Assembly (NCBI GenBank): GCA_040882355.1
Contig: JBBEBM010000029.1
Location: 62,001 to 126,000 of the forward strand
DNA: 64,000 nucleotides
Reading direction: 5' to 3'
Source: Dehalococcoidia bacterium
Lineage (GTDB): Bacteria > Chloroflexota > Dehalococcoidia > DSTF01 > RBG-16-68-14
Within the stretch, counting starts at the first letter, position 1; the number at the start of each line of letters is the position of its first letter. Below, piece by piece: positions 39,416 through 49,748 of the stretch. The position numbers were made by a program, and so were the translations under genes. Below the pieces are notes generated by a model. The model had not been told where the DNA came from. It saw only the letters and a list, made by a program, of their open reading frames with translations, and did not search any database.

Positions 39416-41641
39416 CTACGAGCCTACGCGCTCCAGCGGCGCGTACGACAGCAGCAGCTTCTTTACGCCCCCGCCGCCCTTGAAGGCCACCGTTACCTCC
39501 TGGTCGGACGAGGTGACGGTGCAGCTCACCACGACGCCCTCGCCGAAGCTGGCGTGGCGGACGTGGTCGCCTGCGGCGAAGACGGCGTCGCTCGGCACGG
39601 CAGGTCGCGCCGCGCGGACGGCGCGCGTGTCCGTGCCGTCGTGGCGCAGCCGCGAGAGCGAAGGGCCGCGGTAGCGCAGCTCCTGCGAATCGCCGCCCAC
39701 CGTCTTGCGAGCCGCGACGAGGTGGCGCGGCAGGTCCTTCAGGAAGCGTGAGGGCGGGTTGTGCTGAGTGGAGCCCATCAGGTGGCGACGGAACGCGCGC
39801 ACCAGGTAGAGCCGCTCTTGCGCTCGCGTGATGCCGACGTAGCAGAGCCGGCGCTCTTCTTCGAGCTGCGAAGGCTCATCGAAGGAGCGCATGTGCGGCA
39901 GCACCCCCTCCTCCAGCCCGACGATGAACACTACAGGGAACTCGAGGCCCTTCGCCGCGTGCAGGGTGATCAGCGTGACGGCGTCTGCGCGGTCGTCGTA
40001 CGTGTCGGCGTCGGAGACGAGCGCAACGTCCTCCAGGAACTGCGGCAACGCCGCCTCGGGCCCCAGCCCTTCGTACTCGGCGGCGAGCGTAAGAAGCTGC
40101 TCGACGTTCTCCCAGCGCTCCTCGCCGTCCTCCTCGTATTCGTCGAAGAGGTAGCGGCGGTAGCCGGTGCGCTCGATGATCGCGGCCATCAGCCCGGCGA
40201 CGGTCGAAGTCTGCGCGTACGCGATGAGGCCGTTCAGCAGCTCCAGGAAGCCCAGCAGCGCGTTCGTCGCGCGCGGCGAGAGGCGGTGCGCCTTCGGCTC
40301 GCGGTCCTCGGCCAGGAGCTGCAGGGCGGCGTAGAGCGGCAGTTCAAGGCTCTCCGACCAGCGCTCGAGCTCCTCCAGCGTCTTCCCGCCGATGCCGCGC
40401 GCCGGCACGTTCACCACCCGACCGAACGCAACGCGGTCGTACGGGTTACTGACCAACCGCAAGTAGCCGAGGATGTCCTTGACCTCGCGCCGCTCGTAGA
40501 AGCGCGTGCCGCCGACGAGCCGGTACCGGATCTGCTCGCGCACGAACGCCTCCTCCAGCGAGCGCGACTGCGCGTTCGTGCGGTACATGACGGCGACGTC
40601 GCCCGGGCGGTGCTTGCCATTGTTGAGCAGGTCGCGCACCTCGGCGGCGATGAAGTCGGCCTCCTCAATGTCGTCGTACGCTTCGTAGACGACGATCGGC
40701 TCGCCGGCCCCCTGCTCGGTCCAGAGGTTCTTCTCCTTGCGCTGGCGGTTCGTCGAGATGATCGCGTGGGCGCTGTCGAGGATGTTCTGCGAAGAGCGGT
40801 AGTTCTGCTCGAGGTAGACGGTCTTCGCGCTCGGGTAGTCGCGCTCGAAGTTGAGGATGTTGCGGATGTCGGCGGAGCGCCAGGAGTAGATCGACTGGTC
40901 GGGGTCGCCGACGACGCAGATGTTGCCGTGCCCACCGGCGAGCTGCCGCGCCAGCACGTACTGCGCGACGTTCGTGTCCTGGAACTCGTCGATGAGGACG
41001 TGGAGGAAGCGCTGCTGGTACTTCTGGAGGACAGTATCCTCGTCGCGGAAGAGGGTCACCGTGCGCATGATCATGTCGTCGAAGTCGAGCGCGTTGTTCG
41101 CCTCGAGCAGCTCCTGATAGCGCCCGTACGCCCGGGCAACCACCTCGCCGAAGTAGTCGCGCACCGACGCGCTGTACGCCGCCGGCGAAGCCAGCTCGCT
41201 CTTCGCCTTCGAGATGGCGGAGAGCACAGCCCGCGGCGCGAACCTGCGCGGGTCGACGCCCAGCTCCTCCAGCACGCGCTTCATCACCGACTGCTGGTCG
41301 CCGTCGTCGTAGATCGCGAAGCCGCGGTCGATGCCGATCGCCGCGCCGTCGACGCGCAGGAAGCGCGCGCAGACCGCGTGGAACGTGCCGAGCAGCACGT
41401 CTCGCGCCGACTCGCCGAGCAGCGCGATGACACGCTCGCGCATCTCGCGCGCCGCCTTGTTCGTGAACGTGACGGCGACGATACGGTACGGGTGCACATC
41501 CTCCTCGGAGACGAGGTAGGCGATGCGGTGGGCGATGACGCGCGTCTTGCCGCTCCCGGGCCCGGCCAGGATCAGCAGCGGCCCTTGCGTGTGCGTCACC
41601 GCCTCGCGCTGGGCGGGATTGAGGTCGTGCAGGATGTCCAT
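39416..41641 (-). CDS. pcrA: UvrD/PcrA DNA helicase
   Basis: AGPGSGKT, DEFQD, GDPDQSIY, KGLEF, EERRLCYVGITRA. Confidence 0.95.
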   Translation of the reverse strand: MDILHDLNPAQREAVTHTQGPLLILAGPGSGKTRVIAHRIAYLVSEEDVHPYRIVAVTFTNKAAREMRERVIALLGESARDVLLGTFHAVCARFLRVDGAAIGIDRGFAIYDDGDQQSVMKRVLEELGVDPRRFAPRAVLSAISKAKSELASPAAYSASVRDYFGEVVARAYGRYQELLEANNALDFDDMIMRTVTLFRDEDTVLQKYQQRFLHVLIDEFQDTNVAQYVLARQLAGGHGNICVVGDPDQSIYSWRSADIRNILNFERDYPSAKTVYLEQNYRSSQNILDSAHAIISTNRQRKEKNLWTEQGAGEPIVVYEAYDDIEEADFIAAEVRDLLNNGKHRPGDVAVMYRTNAQSRSLEEAFVREQIRYRLVGGTRFYERREVKDILGYLRLVSNPYDRVAFGRVVNVPARGIGGKTLEELERWSESLELPLYAALQLLAEDREPKAHRLSPRATNALLGFLELLNGLIAYAQTSTVAGLMAAIIERTGYRRYLFDEYEEDGEERWENVEQLLTLAAEYEGLGPEAALPQFLEDVALVSDADTYDDRADAVTLITLHAAKGLEFPVVFIVGLEEGVLPHMRSFDEPSQLEEERRLCYVGITRAQERLYLVRAFRRHLMGSTQHNPPSRFLKDLPRHLVAARKTVGGDSQELRYRGPSLSRLRHDGTDTRAVRAARPAVPSDAVFAAGDHVRHASFGEGVVVSCTVTSSDQEVTVAFKGGGGVKKLLLSYAPLERVGS

Positions 41642-41838
41642 GGGGTGAGCGCGGCTCGGAGCCGCACGGGCATCATAGCACCGGTGTTCGGGTAGAGGCC
41701 AGGGACGCGACATCGGAAGCCGCGGCGCGCGAACCTGCCCGGAATTCGGGCTTCCCTTTACCTTGAGCCGTCTTGCCTTTACCTCAGCCGCCCTGGGACA
41801 ATAAGTTCACATCCTCGATCGGGCGCGGAGCTATCTTG

Positions 41839-43146
41839 ATGACTCCTTTCCGTCCACTCAGAGCCGTCTACGCAGTCTCCCTCGGCACCACGGTTCTCAT
41901 CGTCCTGCTGGCGGCGTCGGGTTGTCGCGATGAGCCCCCAAGGTCCGCAGCCGGCGTCGCGACGGTGGAAGAAGCCTACGACGCGCTCCTCGAAAACCTC
42001 CTCGCCCACGGGTCTGTTCTCCACGCGACGATTACCACAGAGGTCATCGAGGGGGACGAGCGTCAGCAGCCGTTGACCAACGACATCTGGGTCGACGCCG
42101 AACGGCATGCTGGCCGTGAGGAGTTCGTTCTCTCGCCCGACTACGGCGCCGAGCTCCCCGACGACGGTGCCGCCGTCTTCGATGATCGCTATGTCTACTA
42201 TCCCGACGACCCCGGCGAGGGCCTGCGCCAGGAGGTTGAGGTGCGCTGTCCTGGCGCCGACAACCTGCTGATCTCCGTCCTCCTCGAGTGCGCATCGTTC
42301 TCGTTGCACTCGATTGATGAGGATGCCACAGTCTCCCTCGAGCAGGGTGTCGAATACGAAGGAACGCCCGCGATCGCGCTCGTCTTCCGAGGGGACTTCG
42401 AGGATGGCCCAGCGTTCACGTCGAGCGTCTATCTGGATGCCGGGACGCTGCTACCTATCGCGCGCATCACCCGCACGTCGTCCGATGACGCCGAGGTCGA
42501 GACGATCTCACGTTACGGGCTCGAGTTCGTCTCGCGCGATAGCTTGGATGGCGACTTCCTCGACCCACGTTCGATCGGCTATGGCATCGAGGATGCCTCG
42601 GAGCAAATCGACCGTATCGAGTCCGAGGTGCCGGTCTACTGGTTGGGCGAGGATATCGATCTCGCCGGTGACGACGATCTCGTGCTCGCCGGCATCGAAA
42701 CCAAGCTCATGTATCCTCCGGACGAAGCGCCCTACGCGGGCGGGCGCTCCTACGGCCGCCACCTCTACTACGAGACGCCCACAGGTGTTCCAGGCGTCTA
42801 CATCTTCCTCTGGACGCCGGCGGAATGGGAGCGGTACCTCGCCACCCCACAGGGCCAATTCTTGTCTAATGAGCTTTGCGCGCCGAGCGCACCAGTCAGT
42901 GCGGTCGGGACGACCGGCGTGTTGTACGACCTCGTTCCGCATGTTGCTCCCATCGAAGTCGACAATCCCACGACCGACCAGGAACGTTGCGAGAAGCAGG
43001 AGCACGAGCTGTGGATGATCCCGTACGACCGCATCGCCGTCCTCGAATTCGAGGACGTGGTGGTCGACGTGCGATCGGACGTGGTCGGCTACTTCGATGA
43101 GCCTGAGCCGTTCGCGGCCGTGCTCGCCGCTCTGCGTCGCCCCTAG
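41839..43146 (+). CDS. Hypothetical acidic lipoprotein
   Basis: Hydrophobic signal ending in LAASGC; long ORF. Confidence 0.6.
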   Translation: MTPFRPLRAVYAVSLGTTVLIVLLAASGCRDEPPRSAAGVATVEEAYDALLENLLAHGSVLHATITTEVIEGDERQQPLTNDIWVDAERHAGREEFVLSPDYGAELPDDGAAVFDDRYVYYPDDPGEGLRQEVEVRCPGADNLLISVLLECASFSLHSIDEDATVSLEQGVEYEGTPAIALVFRGDFEDGPAFTSSVYLDAGTLLPIARITRTSSDDAEVETISRYGLEFVSRDSLDGDFLDPRSIGYGIEDASEQIDRIESEVPVYWLGEDIDLAGDDDLVLAGIETKLMYPPDEAPYAGGRSYGRHLYYETPTGVPGVYIFLWTPAEWERYLATPQGQFLSNELCAPSAPVSAVGTTGVLYDLVPHVAPIEVDNPTTDQERCEKQEHELWMIPYDRIAVLEFEDVVVDVRSDVVGYFDEPEPFAAVLAALRRP

Positions 43147-43164
43147 ACTCCGGCTACATCCCTA

Positions 43165-44048
43165 TCACGCGTCGCGGTACGCTGCTGCCACCTCGCTGAA
43201 GCGGCGGATCGCGTCGATGTGCGCTTGGGGTGAGGCGAGGTCCGCGTTCATCGTGTTGAGCGTGACGTGGCTCGCGGCGAGCTCCTGCCAGCCGTCAAGC
43301 GCCGCGACCCACTCCGCTTCGGGCGTGTTGAAGACGCTGATCCGCCCCTCGATGCCGACGTCTTCGACTTCGCGGCCGCCGTCTCTCACGTAGCCCCGAA
43401 ACTGATCGACCGTCTCCGTCGCCTGCGGGCCCGGCCGGAACTGCGGGAACCAGCCGTCCGCCATCCGGGCCGCCCGCTTGAGCACTGGCTCCGACATCCC
43501 GCCCATCCAGATCGGGATCGGGCGCTGGACGGGCAGCGGGCTGATGCCGGCCTGCCGCACGTGGTGGTACTTGCCCTCGAAGTCGACCAGCTCACGAGTC
43601 CAGAGCGCGCGCAGTAAAGCGATCTGCTCCTCGATGCGGCGACCGCGGTTCTTGAAGTTCTCGCCCAGGGCCTCGTACTCGACGTGGTTCCAGCCGATGC
43701 CGACGCCGAGGCGCAACCGCCCGCCGGTGAGCACGTCGACCGCGGCCGCCTGCTTGGCGACGAGCGCCGTTTGCCGCTGGGGCAGGATCAGAATGCCCGT
43801 CACGAGCTCGATCGCGCTTGTCACGCCCGCCAGGAAGCCAAACAGCACGAATGGCTCGTGGAAGGGCGTCTGGTACGTGTACGGCGGGCGAAAGCCGAGA
43901 TCCTGGAATCGGTCCGGGTGCGCGCCCAGCACGTGATCGAAGACGAGGATGTGGTTGTAGCCGAGCTGCTCCGCCGCTTGGGCGTAGTCGCGGATCGCGT
44001 CGGGTCGTTGCCGATCTCGGTCTGCGGAAAGACGACGCCGAGTTTCAT
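43165..44048 (-). pseudogene. LLM-class F420-dependent oxidoreductase with 1-nt frameshift near 44000
   Basis: MKLGVVFPQTEIGNDP in one frame; AIRDYAQAAEQLGY..FDHVLG continues in another. Confidence 0.8.
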
Positions 44049-44743
44049 GTTAAGCCCTCCATCTCCACCTGGGCGGCCACCGGTTCGAGCACGCCTGGAT
44101 CATCGTTCTTCACACTGTTCGCGCGCGCCGAGACGCGAGTCGCGATCAGCACGCCCTCCGCCGCTGGCGCGAGCAGCCCGCGCAGCTTGCTCGTGTCTTC
44201 TTCGTTCGGGTCGAGCCAGCCGTCCACGACCGCCTCGGGCAGGATCACCGGCATGCGGTCGTGGACCTGCGCGAGTAGCTCGTTCGGCTCCGTGGTGACG
44301 ATAGTGAACGTGCGCTCCCACTCGCCTTCCTTGCGCCAGTACTCGTACAGGCCGGCGAAGAGGATCAGGCCGCCGTCCTCCCGGTGGAACCAGACCGGCT
44401 GGCGCGCCGTCTTCGGCCCCGTCCACTCGAAGAAGCCGTCCGCGGGCACGACGCAGCGCCGCTGCGCGAACGCCTCGCGGAACACGGCGCGCTCGGTGAG
44501 CGTCTCGGCCTTGGCGTTGATCTGCTTGGCGGCACGCTTCGCGTCCTTCGCCCACGAGTTGACGAGGCCCCAGCGGGCGGGCAGCAGCTCGCGCTCCTCG
44601 TACTGCATGCGCACGATCCAGTGCGGGTCGGTCGGCGCGATGTTGTAGCGAGGCTTGTAGTCGGCCAGCGGCTCAGCGTCGACGCCCAGCTCCAGCGCGA
44701 GCTGCTGCGCGTCCTCACGCGTCAGGGTGAAGCGGCCACACAT
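44045..44743 (-). CDS. SOS response-associated peptidase (SRAP/YedK)
   Basis: MCGRF, YNIAPT, RWGL, PADGFFEW, HDRMP. Confidence 0.95.
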   Translation of the reverse strand: MCGRFTLTREDAQQLALELGVDAEPLADYKPRYNIAPTDPHWIVRMQYEERELLPARWGLVNSWAKDAKRAAKQINAKAETLTERAVFREAFAQRRCVVPADGFFEWTGPKTARQPVWFHREDGGLILFAGLYEYWRKEGEWERTFTIVTTEPNELLAQVHDRMPVILPEAVVDGWLDPNEEDTSKLRGLLAPAAEGVLIATRVSARANSVKNDDPGVLEPVAAQVEMEGLT

Positions 44744-44855
44744 CCAGGATAGGGTAGCAATTCCTCAGCGCGCGTGACCCCGCGCGATCTCGTCATGGCG
44801 TCGCTCGTGTTTGACGCACCTCACGTCACCGATTAGACTTCGCAGCCAGACGGCC

Positions 44856-45566
44856 ATGCCACGCGACACCCACCTGGACTTCCTTCGGTTCGCAGCGGTG
44901 TGCGGGCTCGCCGGCGCCATATTGTTCACGGTCGCCTGGGTCGTCACCACCATCTTCGAGGACGGCTACGACGCCTTGCGCCAGGACATCAGCGACCTGG
45001 GTGCGCTGACGGCATCGCACCCGCTGCCCTACAACATCGCGCTTTCGCTCTCCGGCGCGCTGCTCGCAGTGTTCGGCATCGGCATGCTGGTGGCGCTGGG
45101 TCGAGGCCTCACGGCGCGCCTGGGGGCGTTCGCCGTTATCGTCTACGGCGCCGGCGACTTTCTCGACGGGCTCCTGCGCGAAGACTGTTCGCCTTCAGGG
45201 AGCGCGATCTGCCGGGAGGCGCTCGACGCTGGACAGCTCTCCTGGCATCACGAAGCGCATGACATCGAGTCGGCGTTTACGATCGCGGCGATGATCCTGG
45301 CGCCGTTGCTGCTGGCGTTCGCCTTCCGGCAACGTGATGGCTGGCGAGACCTCTTCGCGTGGTCGCTTGCGACCGCGGCCATCGCCTTCATAGCGATCGC
45401 CTGGTACGCCGTGCTGTACGTGACCCAGGACGGCAGCGCCTACAGCGGCCTCCTCCAGCGAACACTCATCGCGGCCAGCACGGCGTGGGTCGTCCTGGTG
45501 TCGTGGCGACTGTACGCGACTGCGGGAAGTGAGGCGCAGGAACGGGGCGGAGCGAATGGCGGCTAA
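44856..45566 (+). CDS. DUF998 membrane protein
   Basis: YD..RQDISDLGA, H, GLLQR; multiple TM segments. Confidence 0.8.
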   Translation: MPRDTHLDFLRFAAVCGLAGAILFTVAWVVTTIFEDGYDALRQDISDLGALTASHPLPYNIALSLSGALLAVFGIGMLVALGRGLTARLGAFAVIVYGAGDFLDGLLREDCSPSGSAICREALDAGQLSWHHEAHDIESAFTIAAMILAPLLLAFAFRQRDGWRDLFAWSLATAAIAFIAIAWYAVLYVTQDGSAYSGLLQRTLIAASTAWVVLVSWRLYATAGSEAQERGGANGG

Positions 45567-48500
45567 AGGCGTTGAAGCTCCTCAGCGCGCCTGACCCAGC
45601 CCGTCATACCGATCTCGCGGAACTGCTGAAGGGCTGCGTCCCACAGCGGGGCGGCCCGCTCGCGTTGCCCGCGACGCTGGCACATGAGCGCCTCGTCGGC
45701 GTCGACGACGGCGCGCAGCGGTCTGGCGCCCTGCTCGTCGAGGACGGCGCGGGCCTGGGCGAACCAGTCGACCGCCTCATCGTAGCGGCCCGCGAGGGCG
45801 CACAATCGCGCGACCGAGAGCCGGCCATCCTGCATCGGGTAGCGCAGATCAGGCGCGATCACCTTCTCGCGCAGGTTGCGTTCGATGACCTCGAGGTGGT
45901 CGGTGCGATTGAGCCACCACAGGGCCAGGGCGGCGACGCAGGGCAGCAGCGTGTAATTCGGGGCCCAGAGTGGCGCTCGCTCGATCGCGGACGGCATTGT
46001 CGCGAGCCAGCGCAACGCCTCGTCGTCCCGCCCCACCAATGCGTATGCCGCGGCAGCCGCCGCACGGATGACAGCGAACGCCCACTGGTTCTCCAGCGCG
46101 GGTTGCTGAAGGAGGCCCTCGATCTCGGCGATCACGGCGTCGGTCTCTTCCAGGCGGGCCGTGCGCATCTCCCAGCGCGCGCCCGCAAGCTGGAGCGCCT
46201 GCATGGAAGGCCCGGCGAGGCGTCCGGCAAATGCCGCAGCGGTCTCGTACGACTGCCGGGCGGCCGGCAGGTCGCCGAGAGCGTTGTGCATGCGAGCGAC
46301 CTGCGCCCAATGGGCCGCCGCCCAGGCCAACCGGCCCTCCTGTTCGGCCTGTGAGGCGTCCGCCTCGAATAGGGGGAGCGCCCGCCGGTACTCCCCCGCG
46401 TCAAAGGCGAGCGCGGGTGGGAAGTCGGAGAGGCGCTCCAAGATGTCCGCTCTCGAGCTGAATGTGGAAAAGCCGTACTGCTCTTCCGGCTGTAGGTCCC
46501 GCATGATCCCATCGACTTCGCGGTGCTCAGCTGTGTCGAGCGGGATGCCGGGATTGTTCGGGTCAGTTGCTTCCCGACGCCTTAGGTCTGTGAACATCAG
46601 CCACGCCCAGGTCTTGTCCCGCCGATCACCAACGTAGCCCAAGCCCTGTTCAGCCAGCACCCATGAGCCACGCATGAAGCCGGCATCGAACAGCGCCCGC
46701 ATGCCATTAGCGAGGTAGTCGGCGGCGGCGTCATTGCCCTCAGCTTGAGCGATCAGGTCGCCCGCCTCACTGGCAGCAGCGAGCGCGGCCTGCTCGTCAA
46801 GCGCCCCGGCGAGCGAGAGCCCGAGGCGGCCAAGCAGCCGGGGCCGGCGAGCGTCGCCGTCGGGCAGCAGCTCGATCGCGATGCGCAGGAAGGTCGCCGT
46901 CTCATCGTGCGCGTACGACGCCTCGGCGAAATCGGCCGCGGCCATCGCGTAGGCTACGCCGCGTTCGGCGCCGGGCAGCGCCGCGCTCCTGTGGTACTGA
47001 TAGGCGAGCTCGGCCGCGTGCGCGGCCTGCCGGTCCGGGGTGTAGGTCGCGACGCGCTCGCCCATGACCTCAGCGATGCGGCGATGGAGCCGGACCTGCC
47101 GCGACGGGTTCATCTCGCCGTAGAGGGTGTGGCGGATCAGCGCATGCGTGAAGTTGTAGTGCTCGGCGCGCTCTTCCGGCCTCAGGAGCTGCGCGTCGAG
47201 CGCCTCGTCGATGGCGTCGAGCGCGGCCGGCTCATCGAGCTGGGCGACCCCGGCGACCGTCTGGAAGCGGAAGCCGCCGTTGAATCCCGAGGCAGCGGTC
47301 AGCAGCTTATTCGTACTCTCGGACAGGCGCGACAACCTCCGGCCGATGACCTGCCGCACGCCCTCGGGAATCCCCAACTCGGTGATGCTGGCCGCGTCGC
47401 TGGTCCAGCGGCCGTCGCGGCGGTAGAGGGCGCCCGTGTCGACGAGGTGCAGGAGCGTCTCGCGGATGAAGAACGGGTTCCCGTCCGTCTCGCGGCTGAT
47501 CGCGTCGACGAGGGCCTGGGGCACGTCGTGCTCCGCGATGATGCTGAGCAGTTGCCCCACCTCGCCCGAGTCGAGCCCGCGGAGCAAGATCCGCTCGTAC
47601 TCGACCTCGCGCCGCAGCGCCGCCAGCGCGTCGGACAGCGGGTGCTGGCGGTCGAGCTCGACGTCGCGGTACGCGCCGAAGATGAGCAGGCGCTGGCGCG
47701 GCGCAGAGCGGGCGACGTGCCGGAGCATCGCGATCGTGCCCCGGTCCGCCCAGTGCAGGTCGTCGAGGACGAGGACGACCGGCGCGCGCTGGGCGAGCGC
47801 GATCAGGAACTGCGCGACGGCGTCCAGCAGGCGGTAGCGCTCCTCGTCAGGCTGGAGCGGCGCGGGCTCGGCGAGATCGGGCAGTCGGTCGCGGATCGAC
47901 GGCGCCAGGCGCGCGAGCGTTCCTGCGCCGAGTCCGAGGTTTCGACGCAGCTCGTCCGGGTCGGCGGTCCGGCAGTACCCTTCGAGCGCCTCCGCGAACG
48001 GGCCGTACGGCGGCGCCCACTCGCCTTCGTAGCAGCTTCCCCAGAGCACCTCCGCGCCTTCCTGTCGCGCCGTTTCGGCGAACTCTTCCGCCGTTCGCGT
48101 CTTGCCGATGCCCGGCTCGCCGACAAGCATGACTAGGCCGCCCTGTCCGGCGCGAGCCTGCTGCAGGCGCTCGTGGAGGCGCGCCGCCTCATCTTGACGC
48201 CCGACGAAGGGCGCGTGCGCGAGCAGCACGCCGGGCTGGTCGCGGTCGTACAGCACCTCGGACGCGGGCACGGGCTCCGCGATGCCTTTGAGATCGAGCG
48301 GGCCGCGGTCCTGAAACCGGAACGCCTGCCGGCCAAAGAGGAGTCCGGCGACCAGGGCGCTGCAGAGGATCTGGCCGCCCTCCGCCAGGTCGCAGAGGCG
48401 GCGCGCCACGACGACGGGCGTGCCGAAGTAGTCCGTTTCGTCGCGCAACGTCTCGCCGACGTTGAGGCCGGCGCGGATCTGGAGCCGCTCGCCGGCTACG

Positions 48501-48757
48501 GGGCGTTGCGCCGCGCGCTGCATCGCGATGGCGCAGCGGACAGCGTCGGCCGCCGAAGGGAACGCGACCATCAGTCCGTCGCCGAGCCACTTCACCTCGT
48601 GCCCGCCGTGTGCGGCGACGGCGTCACGGAGCAGCTTGTGGTGCGCCTGGAAGATGCGCTGCGCGTCCTCGTCACCCGCGCGCTGGAGCAGCTCGGATGA
48701 CTCGACGAGGTCCGTGAAGAGGATCGTGGTTGTCGCGGCCTGGGCAAGAGCGGTCAT
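45563..48757 (-). CDS. Class III cyclase + AAA ATPase + TPR-like (STAND) protein
   Basis: ILFTDLVES, KWLGDG, GEPGIGKT, LDDLHWAD, GNPFF, FTHALIR. Confidence 0.9.
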   Translation of the reverse strand: MTALAQAATTTILFTDLVESSELLQRAGDEDAQRIFQAHHKLLRDAVAAHGGHEVKWLGDGLMVAFPSAADAVRCAIAMQRAAQRPVAGERLQIRAGLNVGETLRDETDYFGTPVVVARRLCDLAEGGQILCSALVAGLLFGRQAFRFQDRGPLDLKGIAEPVPASEVLYDRDQPGVLLAHAPFVGRQDEAARLHERLQQARAGQGGLVMLVGEPGIGKTRTAEEFAETARQEGAEVLWGSCYEGEWAPPYGPFAEALEGYCRTADPDELRRNLGLGAGTLARLAPSIRDRLPDLAEPAPLQPDEERYRLLDAVAQFLIALAQRAPVVLVLDDLHWADRGTIAMLRHVARSAPRQRLLIFGAYRDVELDRQHPLSDALAALRREVEYERILLRGLDSGEVGQLLSIIAEHDVPQALVDAISRETDGNPFFIRETLLHLVDTGALYRRDGRWTSDAASITELGIPEGVRQVIGRRLSRLSESTNKLLTAASGFNGGFRFQTVAGVAQLDEPAALDAIDEALDAQLLRPEERAEHYNFTHALIRHTLYGEMNPSRQVRLHRRIAEVMGERVATYTPDRQAAHAAELAYQYHRSAALPGAERGVAYAMAAADFAEASYAHDETATFLRIAIELLPDGDARRPRLLGRLGLSLAGALDEQAALAAASEAGDLIAQAEGNDAAADYLANGMRALFDAGFMRGSWVLAEQGLGYVGDRRDKTWAWLMFTDLRRREATDPNNPGIPLDTAEHREVDGIMRDLQPEEQYGFSTFSSRADILERLSDFPPALAFDAGEYRRALPLFEADASQAEQEGRLAWAAAHWAQVARMHNALGDLPAARQSYETAAAFAGRLAGPSMQALQLAGARWEMRTARLEETDAVIAEIEGLLQQPALENQWAFAVIRAAAAAAYALVGRDDEALRWLATMPSAIERAPLWAPNYTLLPCVAALALWWLNRTDHLEVIERNLREKVIAPDLRYPMQDGRLSVARLCALAGRYDEAVDWFAQARAVLDEQGARPLRAVVDADEALMCQRRGQRERAAPLWDAALQQFREIGMTGWVRRAEELQRL

Positions 48758-48956
48758 CGTGCCGATTGTACCAGTCTGAGCGGCGTGCAGTGGACTCAGC
48801 CCGGGGGCGTTCAATTGAACGCCCCTACGGCCCTCACCTGGGAGGGCGCGTGGCGTGCTTCGACAAGCCCTTCGACAGGTCCTCGCCCAGCCGAGGCGCG
48901 ACACGACGCCCCACTCGACGTTTGATTGACCAGTCCGTTTTGCAAAAACGCTCCTC

Positions 48957-49469
48957 TCAGCGGACGACCTCCGAAGCCAGTTGACGCCTTGCGCGCCGGG
49001 CTGTGAATCTGAACGCGTCGTTTGATCGATCACGACGCCGTGTGAGGCCGCGCAGTTCGTTGAGCAAGGCCCGGGTGTCGCATTGGAGGACGAATGCCAG
49101 GCGGCGCAGCTCCTCCTGCCGGGGACCGGCAACGCTCCCGATGAATGCGGCGTACCACGACAAGTCCTCAAGGACCTCCTCTAGCGCCCACACCCGCTGC
49201 GAGTAGCGCCCGGTCTTTAGGGCGTTGGTGTTTCCTCTGGGCGCTCCGGCGCCCGGGCGCCGACCTCCACGGCGTGAGGGTTGTGGGTGGTTGGACCCTT
49301 CGCTGCGCTCGAGGGCAGGCCCTTCGCTGCGCTCGAGGGCAGGCCCTTCGCTTCGCTCGAGGGCAGGCCCTTCGCTTCGCTCGAGGGCAGGCCCTTCGCT
49401 TCGCTCGAGGGCAGGCCCTCCGGAAGATGGCATTTGGTTCGGCAATTTCGTGTTTTTCTGGCCGGACAC
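48957..49469 (-). CDS. Hypothetical protein with GAPRGNTNALK motif and in-frame repeat
   Basis: GAGGAGG RBS; GPALERSE x5; GGRRPGAGAPRGNTNALKTG. Confidence 0.45.
   Translation of the reverse strand: MSGQKNTKLPNQMPSSGGPALERSEGPALERSEGPALERSEGPALERSEGPALERSEGSNHPQPSRRGGRRPGAGAPRGNTNALKTGRYSQRVWALEEVLEDLSWYAAFIGSVAGPRQEELRRLAFVLQCDTRALLNELRGLTRRRDRSNDAFRFTARRARRQLASEVVR
49296..49415. repeat. 24-bp tandem repeat x5
   Basis: CCCTTCGCT(G/T)CGCTCGAGGGCAGG. Confidence 0.95.
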
Positions 49470-49748
49470 GGCTGGTCGCCTCCTCGAATCGAATCCTTCG
49501 ACAAGCTCTCGCCCAGGCGAGTCTGCGACACGACAGGTCTGGCGCGGAGTTCCAACAGCGGGGCATCCTTCGTCAGGCTCAGGACGGGTGGCCAGGCCGG
49601 GTTATCGAGGTCTAGGGTAAGGCGGGGGCGGGAGAGCGCAGAGGGGCGGGTGGCACGGATCTGGTCGCTGGTCGCTTGTTGCCGGTCGCTGGTACTGGCT
49701 GTGGCGGCAGCCGCGGAGATTGGCCGGAGCAGCTTTCGGTCGAGGTAC

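Noticed and set aside
27131..41695. Long antisense ORFs (e.g. 27131-29158, 39761-41695, also 5272-6573)
   Set aside because: Shadow frames of high-GC genes with no recognisable motifs.
48758..49171. N-terminal extension of the cyclase-STAND ORF
   Set aside because: Runs through REP repeats; the ATG at 48757 has a TACAAT box and starts the cyclase domain.
49296..49415. Possible CRISPR array
   Set aside because: Units abut with no spacers, and there are no cas genes.
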